NCBI GenBank assembly: GCA_040384565.1
Contig: JAZKJC010000002.1
Span: 1,064 to 65,063 of the forward strand
Direction of reading: 5' to 3'
Length of the DNA: 64,000 nt
Source: Patescibacteria group bacterium
GTDB taxonomy: Bacteria > Patescibacteriota > Saccharimonadia > Saccharimonadales > JAZKJC01
Made by a program: the position numbers and the translations under genes. The notes under the pieces are model-generated. The model was not told the origin of the DNA, searched no databases, and worked only from the letters and a program-made list of their open reading frames with translations. This document shows positions 10,119 to 19,636 of the stretch, one piece after another (position 1 is the stretch's first letter; every line of letters starts with the position of its first letter).

Positions 10119-10319
10119 TCATACTGTCTCCTTGATAAGTTGCTCGGATAAAACGGTTAACATACGCGCCAAGTCTTTGCGCTTGTTACGCAATTGCCGG
10201 ACATTGGTTGACTCACCCATATGAACTCGGCGGCGGATTTCTGCAATCTCAGCACGAAGTTTTGTGCTTTCAGTAGCCAAATCATCAGTTTTAAGTTTGC
10301 GGATTTCAACTATTTTCAT
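10119..10319 (-). CDS. rpmC: 50S ribosomal protein L29
   Basis: MKIVEIRKLKTDDL.. The ATG at 10319 is preferred; the track start is a TTG. Confidence 0.9.
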   Translation of the reverse strand: MKIVEIRKLKTDDLATESTKLRAEIAEIRRRVHMGESTNVRQLRNKRKDLARMLTVLSEQLIKETV

Positions 10320-10324
10320 AATAT

Positions 10325-10738
10325 TCAAGCCTCATCCTTCACCAAAAACTTGGTCTTTAGTGGCAGCTTGTGGGACGCCAGGCGCATTGCCTCACGGGCC
10401 ACTTCTTCTGTAACACCCTGCATTTCGAACAATACGGTTCCAGGACGGACTTTGGCTACGTAAAACTCCGGATTGCCTTTGCCACTGCCCATTTTGACGT
10501 CCTGTGGCTTACGACTAACTGGAGTATGTGGGAATATTCGGATCCAGATTTTACCACCACGCTTAACATAACGTGTCATAGATTGACGTGCAGATTCGAT
10601 TTGTCTTGATGTAATACGTTCATGCCCCTGAGCCTGCAAAGCATATTGGCCAAAAGAGATTTCGTTGCCCACGGTTGCAACACCACGAATCTTACCTTTA
10701 AACACCTTTCGGTGTTTTTGTCGCTTGGGCATCAACAT
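10325..10738 (-). CDS. rplP: 50S ribosomal protein L16
   Basis: [11 protein letters not shown].. is the L16 N-terminus. Confidence 0.95.
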   Translation of the reverse strand: MLMPKRQKHRKVFKGKIRGVATVGNEISFGQYALQAQGHERITSRQIESARQSMTRYVKRGGKIWIRIFPHTPVSRKPQDVKMGSGKGNPEFYVAKVRPGTVLFEMQGVTEEVAREAMRLASHKLPLKTKFLVKDEA

Positions 10739-10852
10739 GAGGAAGCTCCTTTCAGTCGCGAGGAATGAGATATGAGATATGAGATATGAGCAAAAATGTC
10801 TTCACTCATGACTCCTAACTCATGACTCATGACTCTAAAATGTTTCGACATT
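10739..10852. repeat. Heptamer-repeat spacer (rpsC|rplP): GAGATAT x3 facing ACTCATG-type x4, plus an AAAATGT-TTCG-ACATTTT hairpin abutting the rpsC stop
   Basis: Seen directly. The arms pair with one mismatch and one wobble per unit. Confidence 0.8.
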
Positions 10853-11485
10853 TTAAGTAACCTCCCCTTTGTAGATCCATACTTTGATGCCGATTAGGCC
10901 TGAGCCAGGATATGCTGCGGTAGTTTTATGGAAATCAATGTCAGCGCGGATAGTGTGCAGCGGCACACTACCTTCTACAGTTTTCTCGCGTCGGGACATT
11001 TCAGCACCACCAAGACGGCCGGCTATCTCTATACGAATACCCTTAGCGCCAGCACGCATAGTTGCGGCAGCAGATGATTTGACGGCACGCCTAAAGGCGA
11101 TACGTCGCTCTAGCTGATGCGCAATGTTCTCAGCAACCAACTTAGCGTATAGTTCAGGTTTCTTGATTTCTTCAATGTTTACTCTGGTTGGAACACCGTA
11201 AATTTTTTCTATAGCAGCTTTGAGTTCTTGCGCGCCAGTTCCACCACGACCTATCACAACGCCTGCTTTGGCTGTACTGATTGTGACTGACACCAAATTA
11301 GGTGAGCGCTCTATATCAACTTTATTGACTGAGCCACGGCTTCCCACTTTAGTCTGGATTAGACGGCGCACTGTCAGGTCTTGGGTCAGAAATGTAGCGT
11401 AATCACGTTTACTGGCGAACCAACGGCTGCGCCAATCTTTGTTAACCTGCAAACGCATTGAGATTGGATTAACTTTTTGTCCCAT
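10853..11485 (-). CDS. rpsC: 30S ribosomal protein S3
   Basis: MGQKVNPISMRL.. KH domain pattern. Confidence 0.95.
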   Translation of the reverse strand: MGQKVNPISMRLQVNKDWRSRWFASKRDYATFLTQDLTVRRLIQTKVGSRGSVNKVDIERSPNLVSVTISTAKAGVVIGRGGTGAQELKAAIEKIYGVPTRVNIEEIKKPELYAKLVAENIAHQLERRIAFRRAVKSSAAATMRAGAKGIRIEIAGRLGGAEMSRREKTVEGSVPLHTIRADIDFHKTTAAYPGSGLIGIKVWIYKGEVT

Positions 11486-11859
11486 TACTTTGCCTCTTTC
11501 TTGGTAATCGGTTTTTTGGCAATGCGCTGTTCGCCATCAACTGCTACAAAAATATGCGAACTACGGCGCTGAAAGGGTAATGCGCGTCCCATAGCAGCTG
11601 GTCGGTAACGTTTAAGACTAGGACCAGTACTAACATGGATAGAAGTAATCTGTAATGTATCCGGTTTAAAATTATGATTGTGGTCTGCGTTAGCTTTAGC
11701 GCTTTCTATAACTTTACGCACAACCAGTGCCGAACGCCTAGGCGTATGGTTCAAAATAGTAATTGCGTCTTCGACACTGCGGCCACGAACCAAAGCAGCT
11801 ACAACGGCAACTTTGCGAGGACTCATGCGAACACCTTTAACCGATGCGTGGACTGACAT
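11485..11859 (-). CDS. rplV: 50S ribosomal protein L22
   Basis: ..VRMSPRKVAVVAALVRG.. L22. Confidence 0.94.
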   Translation of the reverse strand: MSVHASVKGVRMSPRKVAVVAALVRGRSVEDAITILNHTPRRSALVVRKVIESAKANADHNHNFKPDTLQITSIHVSTGPSLKRYRPAAMGRALPFQRRSSHIFVAVDGEQRIAKKPITKKEAK

Positions 11860-11860
11860 C

Positions 11861-12136
11861 TTAGCTGCCTCCCTTTGCTAATTTGCCGCCATGCTTACGA
11901 AATTTGCGAGTTGGGCTGAATTCACCAAGTTTATGGCCAACCATGTTTTCAGTAACAAATACCGGGATATGAATTTTGCCGTTGTGTACGGCTATAGTCT
12001 TGCCAACAAAATCAGGGCTAATAGTACTGGCACGCGCCCAGGTCTTGATTATGGTACGATCCTCAGAACCTAGTGCAGCCACTTTCTTAGCAAGCTTAGG
12101 GTCGATAAATGGTCCTTTTTTTAGCGATCTACTCAT
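11861..12136 (-). CDS. rpsS: 30S ribosomal protein S19
   Basis: [15 protein letters not shown].. is canonical S19. Confidence 0.96.
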   Translation of the reverse strand: MSRSLKKGPFIDPKLAKKVAALGSEDRTIIKTWARASTISPDFVGKTIAVHNGKIHIPVFVTENMVGHKLGEFSPTRKFRKHGGKLAKGGS

Positions 12137-12501
12137 TGACTTTCTCCTGTATAGCCTTTTATAGCTGCTGATGCAGCTTGCATTATTAGAAACACTTCTG
12201 ATCCGGGTTGCACACCATTGTTTATTACATTGCTATGCCATTCGATTGGTAATCCATATGGATTTTCAAATGCTGCTACTCCTAGGTCTAAAGCTACCGA
12301 CTCATTTGTATCCGAAGCTTTCACCTGCCCTTCCACAACAAGTCTCCAATAAGCATCTAATGCCGTACCAGGAAATGCTGCCACTCGTTTAACGTCAGCA
12401 AATGCAGGTCCTTCGCCCTTTTTAGGAAAGTCTAATAAAGGTTTTCCTACACTAATTTGTTTAAATCCGAGTTCTGGGAATAAATCCCTAAAAAATCCCA
12501 T
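12133..12501 (-). CDS. Hypothetical 122-aa protein embedded between rplB and rpsS
   Basis: The ORF starts 2 nt after the rplB stop, with an AAGAGGAAA SD inside the rplB 3' end. It ends in an ATGA overlap with rpsS. I see no recognisable motif. Confidence 0.6.
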   Translation of the reverse strand: MGFFRDLFPELGFKQISVGKPLLDFPKKGEGPAFADVKRVAAFPGTALDAYWRLVVEGQVKASDTNESVALDLGVAAFENPYGLPIEWHSNVINNGVQPGSEVFLIMQAASAAIKGYTGESQ

Positions 12502-12503
12502 AA

Positions 12504-13340
12504 TTATTTCCTCTTCGCCGCATGGCGGGATTTAACAATAAACTGATTATTAGCTTTACGGCTGCGTGTTTTATACCCCAATGTCTTCTGGCCCCAAGGC
12601 GTACGTGGATCTTTGCCCATACCATGGCGGCCACCATCACCCCCACCGTGGGGGTGATCTGCCGCATTCATAACCACACCGCGGACGGTTGGGCGGATGC
12701 CTTTGTGACGATTACGTCCGGCCTTACCAATCTTCATGTTCTGGTGCTGCTCATTGCCAATTACGCCAATACTGGCACTGCATTCAACATGTACCATCCG
12801 GACTTCGCCGCTGGGTAGTTTGACCTGCGCGTAATCATTTTCCTTAGCTACCAGTTGCGCGCCAGTGCCGGCTGAACGTACCATCTGAGCACCTTTGCCA
12901 GCTTGCAACTCGATGGCATGAATTATGCTACCAACAGGGATAGATTTGAGTGACATGCGGTTGCCGCTATCAATGGCGGCTTCATCTCCGCTATGAACTT
13001 TTTGGCCTACGACCATGCTGTTTGTAGCCAGAATATAGTGGTATGTATTGGTACTATCCTTGATGCGGGCAATACGGGCACTGCGGTTCGGGTCGTATTC
13101 TATCTGCTCAATAACCGCCTCTGTGCCGGGTGCTAAACGGAAGTTTAATAGTCTGTAGAATTTACGGACGCCGCCGCCGCGGTGTCTTGTAGTAATACGT
13201 CCTTGGTTATTGCGGCCAGAATTCTTTTTCTTAATTACAATGAGGGATTTTAGTGGTTTACGAGTTGTGATTGCAGACAAATCCTGATTTGTCATTCCAC
13301 GTCGGCCAGGAGTTGTCGGATTATAAAGTTTTAGGCTCAT
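12504..13340 (-). CDS. rplB: 50S ribosomal protein L2
   Basis: 278 aa, ..HPHGGGDGG.. is the L2 signature. Confidence 0.96.
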   Translation of the reverse strand: MSLKLYNPTTPGRRGMTNQDLSAITTRKPLKSLIVIKKKNSGRNNQGRITTRHRGGGVRKFYRLLNFRLAPGTEAVIEQIEYDPNRSARIARIKDSTNTYHYILATNSMVVGQKVHSGDEAAIDSGNRMSLKSIPVGSIIHAIELQAGKGAQMVRSAGTGAQLVAKENDYAQVKLPSGEVRMVHVECSASIGVIGNEQHQNMKIGKAGRNRHKGIRPTVRGVVMNAADHPHGGGDGGRHGMGKDPRTPWGQKTLGYKTRSRKANNQFIVKSRHAAKRK

Positions 13341-13681
13341 TTTTTGGCTTCTTTGGATTTAGATTTAGCTGGTTTGGTGTCTTCTTCACTCGCAAATACT
13401 GGTAAACTGTCGCCCTTTTTGAGCGTCACGAATGCTTTCTTCATGTCAGCGCGCTTGCCAAACTTTTGTTTGCCGCCTTTGCGTACAGTACGTTTAACCT
13501 TGCCAGGAATATTAGCAATATTAACGCTAGTAACGGTAACGTCGAACTGGGCCTGAACCGCATTAGTAACGGTCAGTTTGTTAGCGTCGCCAGGAACCTG
13601 AATAACATATACACCTGCGGTTTGGCTCAACCCATAGGCTTTTTCGCTCACTCGCGGCTTGAGTGTCATTGACTTATCCAT
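13337..13681 (-). CDS. rplW: 50S ribosomal protein L23 (Lys-rich C-terminal tail)
   Basis: L23 pattern and position between rplD and rplB. Confidence 0.92.
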   Translation of the reverse strand: MDKSMTLKPRVSEKAYGLSQTAGVYVIQVPGDANKLTVTNAVQAQFDVTVTSVNIANIPGKVKRTVRKGGKQKFGKRADMKKAFVTLKKGDSLPVFASEEDTKPAKSKSKEAKK

Positions 13682-14343
13682 TATTTGACCTCGGCTTTCG
13701 CGGCCTTAATTTTTGGAGTAAGCCAGGCGGTTACAAGTGCAAGGGCATCCTTGGTGATGGTAATATTATCGGCATTCATAACGTCATAAACATTGATATA
13801 TGTGGCTTGTATAAGTTTGATGTTCTGGAGGTTTTTTGTAACACGGACTATATCTTCCGTTTTATCAGCAACAACCAGAAGGGTAGTCTTGTTGGCACCT
13901 ATTTTAGTAAGTAGCCCGACAATTTCGCTTGTCTTAACTGTTTTGAGCGTAATATCTTCTAACACAATAAGCTTGTTTTCTGCGGCGGCAATACTTAGGG
14001 ATTGCCTTATTGCTTGGCGCTTGGCGCTAATATTAAGTTTGTGGCTATAATTTTCCAGCCCGGTAGGTCCAAAGGCAATACCACCACCACGCCAAATAGG
14101 GTTACGAGAAGAACCAAATCGTGCGCGCCCTGTGCCTTTTTGCTTCCACGGTTTGCGTCCACCTCCACTAACTAAACCACGGGTTTTGGTTTTTGCAGCG
14201 CTAGTGCGTCCATTGGCCAAGTAAGCAACGTAGGCAGTTTTGAGCAACTCGTGGTTTTTAGGGACAATACCAAATATTGCCTTATCTAACTTGGCAGGTA
14301 CTGTAGCTTTTGTGCCGGCCTTAGTAAATGTAGCAACCGACAT
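13681..14343 (-). CDS. rplD: 50S ribosomal protein L4
   Basis: ..GGGRKPWKQKGTGRAR.GS.R.P.WRGGG.. is the L4 signature. Confidence 0.95.
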   Translation of the reverse strand: MSVATFTKAGTKATVPAKLDKAIFGIVPKNHELLKTAYVAYLANGRTSAAKTKTRGLVSGGGRKPWKQKGTGRARFGSSRNPIWRGGGIAFGPTGLENYSHKLNISAKRQAIRQSLSIAAAENKLIVLEDITLKTVKTSEIVGLLTKIGANKTTLLVVADKTEDIVRVTKNLQNIKLIQATYINVYDVMNADNITITKDALALVTAWLTPKIKAAKAEVK

Positions 14344-14470
14344 CAGGCGCTCCCTCTGGTCGCTTCAATCATCAATTTACAATTATCAATTTCCAATGGG
14401 GCTACACTAGCTGCATTGGGTATTGATGTTTGATCCTTGAATGAAAATTGAAAATTGAAAATTGAAAATT
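14344..14470. repeat. Spacer (rplC|rplD): conserved leader box plus GAAAATT x4 (14443-14470) abutting the rplC stop
   Basis: Four perfect heptamers. The leader is homologous to those at 2187-2250 and 3249-3310. Confidence 0.85.
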
Positions 14471-15085
14471 TCATGACTCTTTACCCCGCACGAGTACAAT
14501 GGCTTTTTTAGGTCCGGGTATGGCACCAGTTACACCTATTACGCCGAGCTCAAGATCAACTAATGCGACTTTGAGGTTGCGTACCGTAACTTTTTCATCG
14601 CCCATTTGCCCGGCCATCTTCTTGCCTTTAAAAATCTTCTGGGGATACATGGAACCTATTGAACCAGGACGTCGATAGGAGCCACCGCCATGTGTCTTGC
14701 GTCCACGGTGAAAGTTGTGGCGCTTAATTGTGCCAGCCCAGCCTTTGCCCTTACTGGTACCAGTAACGTGGACGATGTCGCCTATACTAAAAACGTCGGC
14801 TGCAAATTGCGAGCCGACGCTTAGTTCTTCTGGCAGTTCTGTAATGCGGAATTCACGCACAAGCTTGGACTGCATCTTTGAGGGTTTAAAGTGCCCCGCA
14901 AGTGCTTTGCCCATCTTTGACACTGTTTCGGTACCTAGCTGCACGGCTTGATAGCCGTCGGTTTCTGTGTTCTTGATCTGGGTAACAACATTAGGCTTAA
15001 CTGAAAGTAAGGTAATAGCAACAACCACACCATCATCCGCAATAGTGCTTGTCATACCGACTTTTCTGGTAATTAATGCTTTCAC
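14471..15085 (-). CDS. rplC: 50S ribosomal protein L3
   Basis: (GTG)KALITRKVGMT.. is the L3 N-terminus; ..GKGWAGTIKRHNF.. motif. Confidence 0.94.
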   Translation of the reverse strand: MKALITRKVGMTSTIADDGVVVAITLLSVKPNVVTQIKNTETDGYQAVQLGTETVSKMGKALAGHFKPSKMQSKLVREFRITELPEELSVGSQFAADVFSIGDIVHVTGTSKGKGWAGTIKRHNFHRGRKTHGGGSYRRPGSIGSMYPQKIFKGKKMAGQMGDEKVTVRNLKVALVDLELGVIGVTGAIPGPKKAIVLVRGKES

Positions 15086-15210
15086 TTACGCCCTTCTTAA
15101 ATTTTATGCCCAAACATAAACATAAAAATGCTCGGCTATGACTGGTTTTCACCCCTGTTATGGCAGTGAACCTTGCTCATAAACCAAGAAATTTATTTAG
15201 ATACCATAAC

Positions 15211-15240
15211 AGATTAGCAGAGAACCTCCGTATCTGTCAA
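15211..15240 (-). promoter_or_regulatory. Candidate sigma70-type promoter TTGACA-18-TAATCT upstream of rplC
   Basis: Hexamers read on the minus strand. A 9-bp inverted repeat (CTGTTATGG/CCATAACAG) lies nearby. Confidence 0.3.
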
Positions 15241-15272
15241 CCCGTTGTTTATTCCACACTGCTAAGAGTGTG

Positions 15273-15560
15273 CTACAGAATATTAATAAATAGGCCAGTT
15301 TGAGACCAAAAACCTACAAAACTGGCGATAATTATGATCGCATACTCGATTTTGCGATCAATTTTAAAATGGTCATGAGCCGCGAATATTATTCCAACTA
15401 TTAGCCCAAGCGGTATAGGAATTTGTTTTGTAAGCCCAGGGTCAACAAAACGCACCCACTGTGAGCCGACTATTAGGTACATAACTATTTTCAGCACATA
15501 TACACCGTCTAGTTCTGTCGGCTCGCCTTTTGGTTGTCTTTTTCTTTTAGTTTTGGCCAT
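15273..15560 (-). CDS. Hypothetical small membrane protein between rpsJ and rplC
   Basis: About 95 aa. Basic N-terminus (MAKTKRKRQPKG) followed by 2-3 hydrophobic helices. ATG at 15560. Confidence 0.5.
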   Translation of the reverse strand: MAKTKRKRQPKGEPTELDGVYVLKIVMYLIVGSQWVRFVDPGLTKQIPIPLGLIVGIIFAAHDHFKIDRKIEYAIIIIASFVGFWSQTGLFINIL

Positions 15561-15623
15561 AAGCACATTAAAGCATATCCAAAATTAAAAATAAATCCTT
15601 CGACTTCGCTCAGGATGATCTAT

Positions 15624-15783
15624 AGCCATCCCCAAAGCAAAATCTGTTTCCTGAGGTGATGGCTTAGTGTGTCAAAAACTTTTATCTCCGACTAAGACAT
15701 ATCGGTTGATACGTCGCAGGAGGAATGGAAGTTTTTGGCCGCTAAGGTGCGGCTCAGGATGCGGGTTATGTTTTGGGATGGCT
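15624..15783 (-). other. Candidate structured RNA element starting 6 nt after the rpsJ stop
   Basis: Nested inverted repeats: AGCCATCCCCAAA/TTTTGGGATGGCT (12/13), CCTGAG/CTCAGG and CTTAG/CTAAG. Confidence 0.3.
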
Positions 15784-15789
15784 AAAGGA

Positions 15790-16272
15790 TCACATTTTGA
15801 TTTCGGCATCGCAGCCAGCTGGAAGCGAGAGATTCATCAAGCTGTCTATTGTCTTTGGTGTTGGATCAAATACGTCAATTAAGCGCTTGTGAACACGCAT
15901 CTCAAACTGCTCACGACCCTTTTTGTAAACATGGGGACTTTTAACTACTGTGTATGTGGTCTTTTTAGTTGGAAGTGGAATTGGCCCGGCAATAGTCGCT
16001 CCGGTACGGAGCGCAGTATCAACAATTTGTTTAGTTGAAAGGTCAATTACCTTGTGATCATAAGCCTTTAAGCGAATTCGTATCCGCTGCTTGGTACTAG
16101 CTTCCGGCTTACCGCCTGTTTGCTTAGCAGGCTTTGAAGCAGGTGTTGTAGGCTTAGCTTCTGCTACTGGCTCAGCCGCAACATCAGGTGCAACTACTTT
16201 TTCAGCCTTAAGTTTTGTATCTTCTGTTTTTTCTGCAACTTTAGCAGTGCTTTTCTTTTTAGCGTCGGCCAT
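15790..16272 (-). CDS. rpsJ: 30S ribosomal protein S10 with an Ala/Lys/Pro-rich N-terminal extension of about 60 aa
   Basis: ..[17 protein letters not shown].. S10 core. The ATG at 16272 has an AAGGAG SD. Confidence 0.93.
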   Translation of the reverse strand: MADAKKKSTAKVAEKTEDTKLKAEKVVAPDVAAEPVAEAKPTTPASKPAKQTGGKPEASTKQRIRIRLKAYDHKVIDLSTKQIVDTALRTGATIAGPIPLPTKKTTYTVVKSPHVYKKGREQFEMRVHKRLIDVFDPTPKTIDSLMNLSLPAGCDAEIKM

Positions 16273-16377
16273 TATGAACTCCTTGTGATGTAACATCTTT
16301 ACAGTTGTTATGTGGAACATCTGCAACGACTTTTAGTCACCACGATTAATTTACTTTTATAACTTTACTATATTCGC

Positions 16378-17691
16378 CTACTGTTGTAAAACGTTTGTAA
16401 ATAATGTTTTAAGAACACCTCTAGCTAGTAGCCCATAGGACTTAGTAGGCGCATTTACAAGTAGTCTGCCGGAATCAGCCAAGGCTCGCAGACCCAATCC
16501 ACTCCGTTCACTTAAAGTGGGTTTAACACCAAGATGCCCTGACGCAAAGTCTTTGCGGGCGTCAAGAACTGTATCAGCCAGGTAACCTGTTTTGGCAAAC
16601 AAGCGCAGCCATTTGTTAAAACGTATGCGGTTGTTATCATACGGATCCAAGTATAATATATCGCCAAACATTTCAGCTTCAGCTAGATTAATTTCAACTA
16701 CTTGACGGAGGCTATGAGATTTTAATCTCTTATCAGCAAAGCCTGTTAATGCTAGAAAGGTATTTATAAGCAACTGCTGCCTGTGAGGAACTTGCTGCAA
16801 GTACATATCCCTGAAAGCTTCAGCTTCCTTGCCCGTCATACCAGCGACTGGCTGGCCCCGTAATAGTTCAGCAACACTCCACTCCAACAAAGCCGGATCT
16901 TGTTCATCAACAAGATTATCTAAACAACGAGCTGCAAGCAGAGTAGCTCGCCAACATTCATGTTCTTCATCAGTAACCTGAACACCGAAACCCTCGGCCA
17001 CTGCATGGAACATAGCCGCACCACTTTCTCCCCGCAAGTGTTCTTCTTCAGATGTTCCATTGCGAACAGTATTATATGCAGCCCTAGCAGTTGCCAGAAT
17101 TATATCCATATCGCCGCGAAAGCTTGCTGTCTCGGCGTACTCAATGTCTAACAGAGCCCGTGTTCTTACCCAATCATCTGAACTTTCCGGACTATAGCCG
17201 TTCGTATGTTGGGATAATTGGAATTTTCCAAAAACTGCTGGTTTAGTTGTGTATCTTGAATATATCCACAACTTTTGTTCTGACGGGCTCAAAACATCCA
17301 GTGTTTCAACCACATCCTGCATTATTAATGGCCGAGGCCCAACCATAGACATGGTGCCATTGTAGATATTGAGAGTCTGGGGCATTTCATCCAGATGTTT
17401 AGAACTTAATCGTGCGCCGAGCTGAGTTCTTCGACTATCGTTAGATCCTTCAGATGCTGTTTCCGGAGTACCTGGAGGCATGGTTTGGAATTTATAAAAA
17501 GTGAACGGCTCAAATCCTAGCCCGTAACGAGTCTGTTTAAAAATCGGATTCATGCCATCACTATGCTGAATTGCTGCAGCAATTGCGGCGCTACCCGGTA
17601 CAAACAAAGGCATTAAAGCAGTAATGCCAATCAAATCTAGCGCCCGTTTATGTGGACTCAACGTCCAGTCTTCACCAATTTTCTCTGCCAT
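16378..17691 (-). CDS. Phosphoglycosyl transferase (Bac_transf-type) fused to an Asp-box, isoprenoid-synthase-like C-terminal domain
   Basis: N-terminal half: HKRALDLIG.., PIFKQTRYG, KFQTM, LDEMPQ, MVGPRPL. C-terminal half: ARCLDNLVDEQD and YLADTVLDARKDF. ATG at 17691 (MAEKIG), 7 nt after a TATAAT. Confidence 0.75.
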   Translation of the reverse strand: MAEKIGEDWTLSPHKRALDLIGITALMPLFVPGSAAIAAAIQHSDGMNPIFKQTRYGLGFEPFTFYKFQTMPPGTPETASEGSNDSRRTQLGARLSSKHLDEMPQTLNIYNGTMSMVGPRPLIMQDVVETLDVLSPSEQKLWIYSRYTTKPAVFGKFQLSQHTNGYSPESSDDWVRTRALLDIEYAETASFRGDMDIILATARAAYNTVRNGTSEEEHLRGESGAAMFHAVAEGFGVQVTDEEHECWRATLLAARCLDNLVDEQDPALLEWSVAELLRGQPVAGMTGKEAEAFRDMYLQQVPHRQQLLINTFLALTGFADKRLKSHSLRQVVEINLAEAEMFGDILYLDPYDNNRIRFNKWLRLFAKTGYLADTVLDARKDFASGHLGVKPTLSERSGLGLRALADSGRLLVNAPTKSYGLLARGVLKTLFTNVLQQ

Positions 17692-17835
17692 AAGTTTGAT
17701 TATAATAACACATAGTAATGAATTCAGCAAAATTGTGCATACTAAACTTCGTTATATTCAGTCCGGGCGTGTATTGTATTTCAGCTTGTTAACAAGCCGA
17801 GTCACAAAGTTCAAGCAATCGAGATAAAAATGTGC

Positions 17836-17875
17836 TAATAACAAAACATCCAGCAGTGCATAACTCGCTACTGGA
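17836..17875 (-). terminator. Rho-independent terminator after tuf
   Basis: Minus-strand RNA UCCAGUAG-N11-CUGCUGGA (8 bp, one G-U), followed by UGUUUUGUUAUU. Confidence 0.5.
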
Positions 17876-17901
17876 GGTTTTGTATCGCACGCTGTTCGCT
17901 G

Positions 17902-19083
17902 CTATTTGTTGATCTTAGTCACAACACCGGCACCAACTGTGCGGCCACCTTCGCGAATTGCGAAGCGCAGACCTTGTTCCATGGCAATTGGAGCTAACAG
18001 TTTAACCTTGAAAGTTATTGTGTCGCCTGGCATGACCATTTCTTTGTCAGCTGGCAATTCAACCTCACCGGTTACGTCGGTTGTACGGAAATAAAACTGA
18101 GGCTTGTAGCCTTTAAAGAATGGAGTGTGACGTCCACCCTCTTCTTTGGTAAGTACATATACTTCTGAATCAAATTCTGTGTGTGGAGTGATGGAACCTG
18201 GCTTGCAAAGCACTTGACCGCGCTCAATGTCATCACGCTCAATACCACGCAGCAAAACACCTACATTGTCACCAGCTTGACCTTGGTCAAGGTTCTTTTT
18301 GAACATTTCAACACCTGTCACCACAACTTTTTTGGTTGGGCGAATACCAACGATTTCAACTTCTTCGTTGATCTTTACAACACCTTGCTCGACACGGCCA
18401 GTAGCAACCGTGCCCCGGCCTTTGATAGAGAATACATCTTCAATAGGCATCAGGAATGGCTTTTCAAGTTCACGCTTTGGTTGCGGGATAAAATCATCCA
18501 TAGCCTTAACAAGTTCCATGATCGCGTCTTCGTCAGCAGCAGAACCCTCTAAAGCTTTTGTAGCTGAGCCTTTAATGATTGGAGCGTCTTCGTCAAAGTC
18601 ATTCTTGGCAAGAAGTTCACGAATATCCATTTCAACTAGTTCAACTAATTCAGGATCAGCTAGGTCCATCTTGTTCATAAAGACCAATATCTTAGGTACG
18701 CCAACTTGTTTTGCCAGCAATACGTGTTCGCGGGTTTGAGGCATAGGACCATCAGCGGCAGAAACAACCAAAACAGCGCCGTCAATTTGAGCAGCACCTG
18801 TAATCATGTTCTTGATATAGTCAGCGTGACCAGGCATATCAACGTGAGCGTAGTGGCGTTTTTCTGACTCGTATTCCTGGTGAGACGTAGCAATGGTTAT
18901 ACCACGGGCTTTTTCTTCTGGAGCATTGTCAATTTCGTCATATTTAATTGGTTTGTTGACGTCGCTTGGAAGCTTTTTAGCAAGCACGGTAGTAATAGCG
19001 GCTGTCAAAGTAGTTTTACCATGGTCAACGTGACCCATAGTACCAACGTTTACGTGCGGTTTACTTCTGTCAAAATCTGCCAT
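17902..19083 (-). CDS. tuf: Elongation factor Tu
   Basis: 393 aa, [11 protein letters not shown](M)PGHADY, NKMD motifs. Confidence 0.97.
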   Translation of the reverse strand: MADFDRSKPHVNVGTMGHVDHGKTTLTAAITTVLAKKLPSDVNKPIKYDEIDNAPEEKARGITIATSHQEYESEKRHYAHVDMPGHADYIKNMITGAAQIDGAVLVVSAADGPMPQTREHVLLAKQVGVPKILVFMNKMDLADPELVELVEMDIRELLAKNDFDEDAPIIKGSATKALEGSAADEDAIMELVKAMDDFIPQPKRELEKPFLMPIEDVFSIKGRGTVATGRVEQGVVKINEEVEIVGIRPTKKVVVTGVEMFKKNLDQGQAGDNVGVLLRGIERDDIERGQVLCKPGSITPHTEFDSEVYVLTKEEGGRHTPFFKGYKPQFYFRTTDVTGEVELPADKEMVMPGDTITFKVKLLAPIAMEQGLRFAIREGGRTVGAGVVTKINK

Positions 19084-19210
19084 TGATGATCTCCTTTACC
19101 CTGAACTAATCAGGAGTAATTTAGTATTATTTAGCATGAGCTAAAACAACTCACACGAGTTACCAAACAATAGTACCCGACCTCAAGAAGTTTGTAAATA
19201 GCTGAGGTTG

Positions 19211-19636
19211 TTATTTTGCGTAATCCTTTAAGGCTGTAACTTTTGTGTTGGTAGCTTTGCCTTGGTGTTTTACATTATCGGTAACTAACTGGGCGTCATA
19301 TTGTTTCGCCAAGACTATAAAAGCCGCGTCGTAATAAGTTATTCCTAAACTCTCGGCGAGCAGAAAGGTCTTTTGCGCACTCGTACTGGTTTCACTGGAA
19401 TAAATTATGGGTAAGCTATACAAGGCTTCCAAGCAAACCTTGGCTTGCTTCATTGTCAATTGCTTGCCCTTAAGCAGGACGTTTCCAGTTTCATATTTTA
19501 GTAGCTCCGGTGCCATAAGCATGACCTTGCCAACCTCAGCATCTTGTAAAATTAGATCGGCTTGATCCAGGTCCTGCTCATTGTCTTTATTCAGCCATTT
19601 TATAACTACTGAAGTGTCGACTACCAGCCAACTCAT
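19211..19636 (-). CDS. vapC: PIN-domain toxin VapC
   Basis: MSWLVVDTSVVIKW.., acidic residues at ..ELLKYE.., ..YDAAF.., ..TDN.. 4-nt overlap with the upstream antitoxin. Confidence 0.8.
   Translation of the reverse strand: MSWLVVDTSVVIKWLNKDNEQDLDQADLILQDAEVGKVMLMAPELLKYETGNVLLKGKQLTMKQAKVCLEALYSLPIIYSSETSTSAQKTFLLAESLGITYYDAAFIVLAKQYDAQLVTDNVKHQGKATNTKVTALKDYAK

Noticed and set aside
15667-15882. 71-aa plus-strand ORF
   Set aside because: It overlaps the rpsJ 3' end antisense and spans the inverted-repeat element. It has no SD or promoter.
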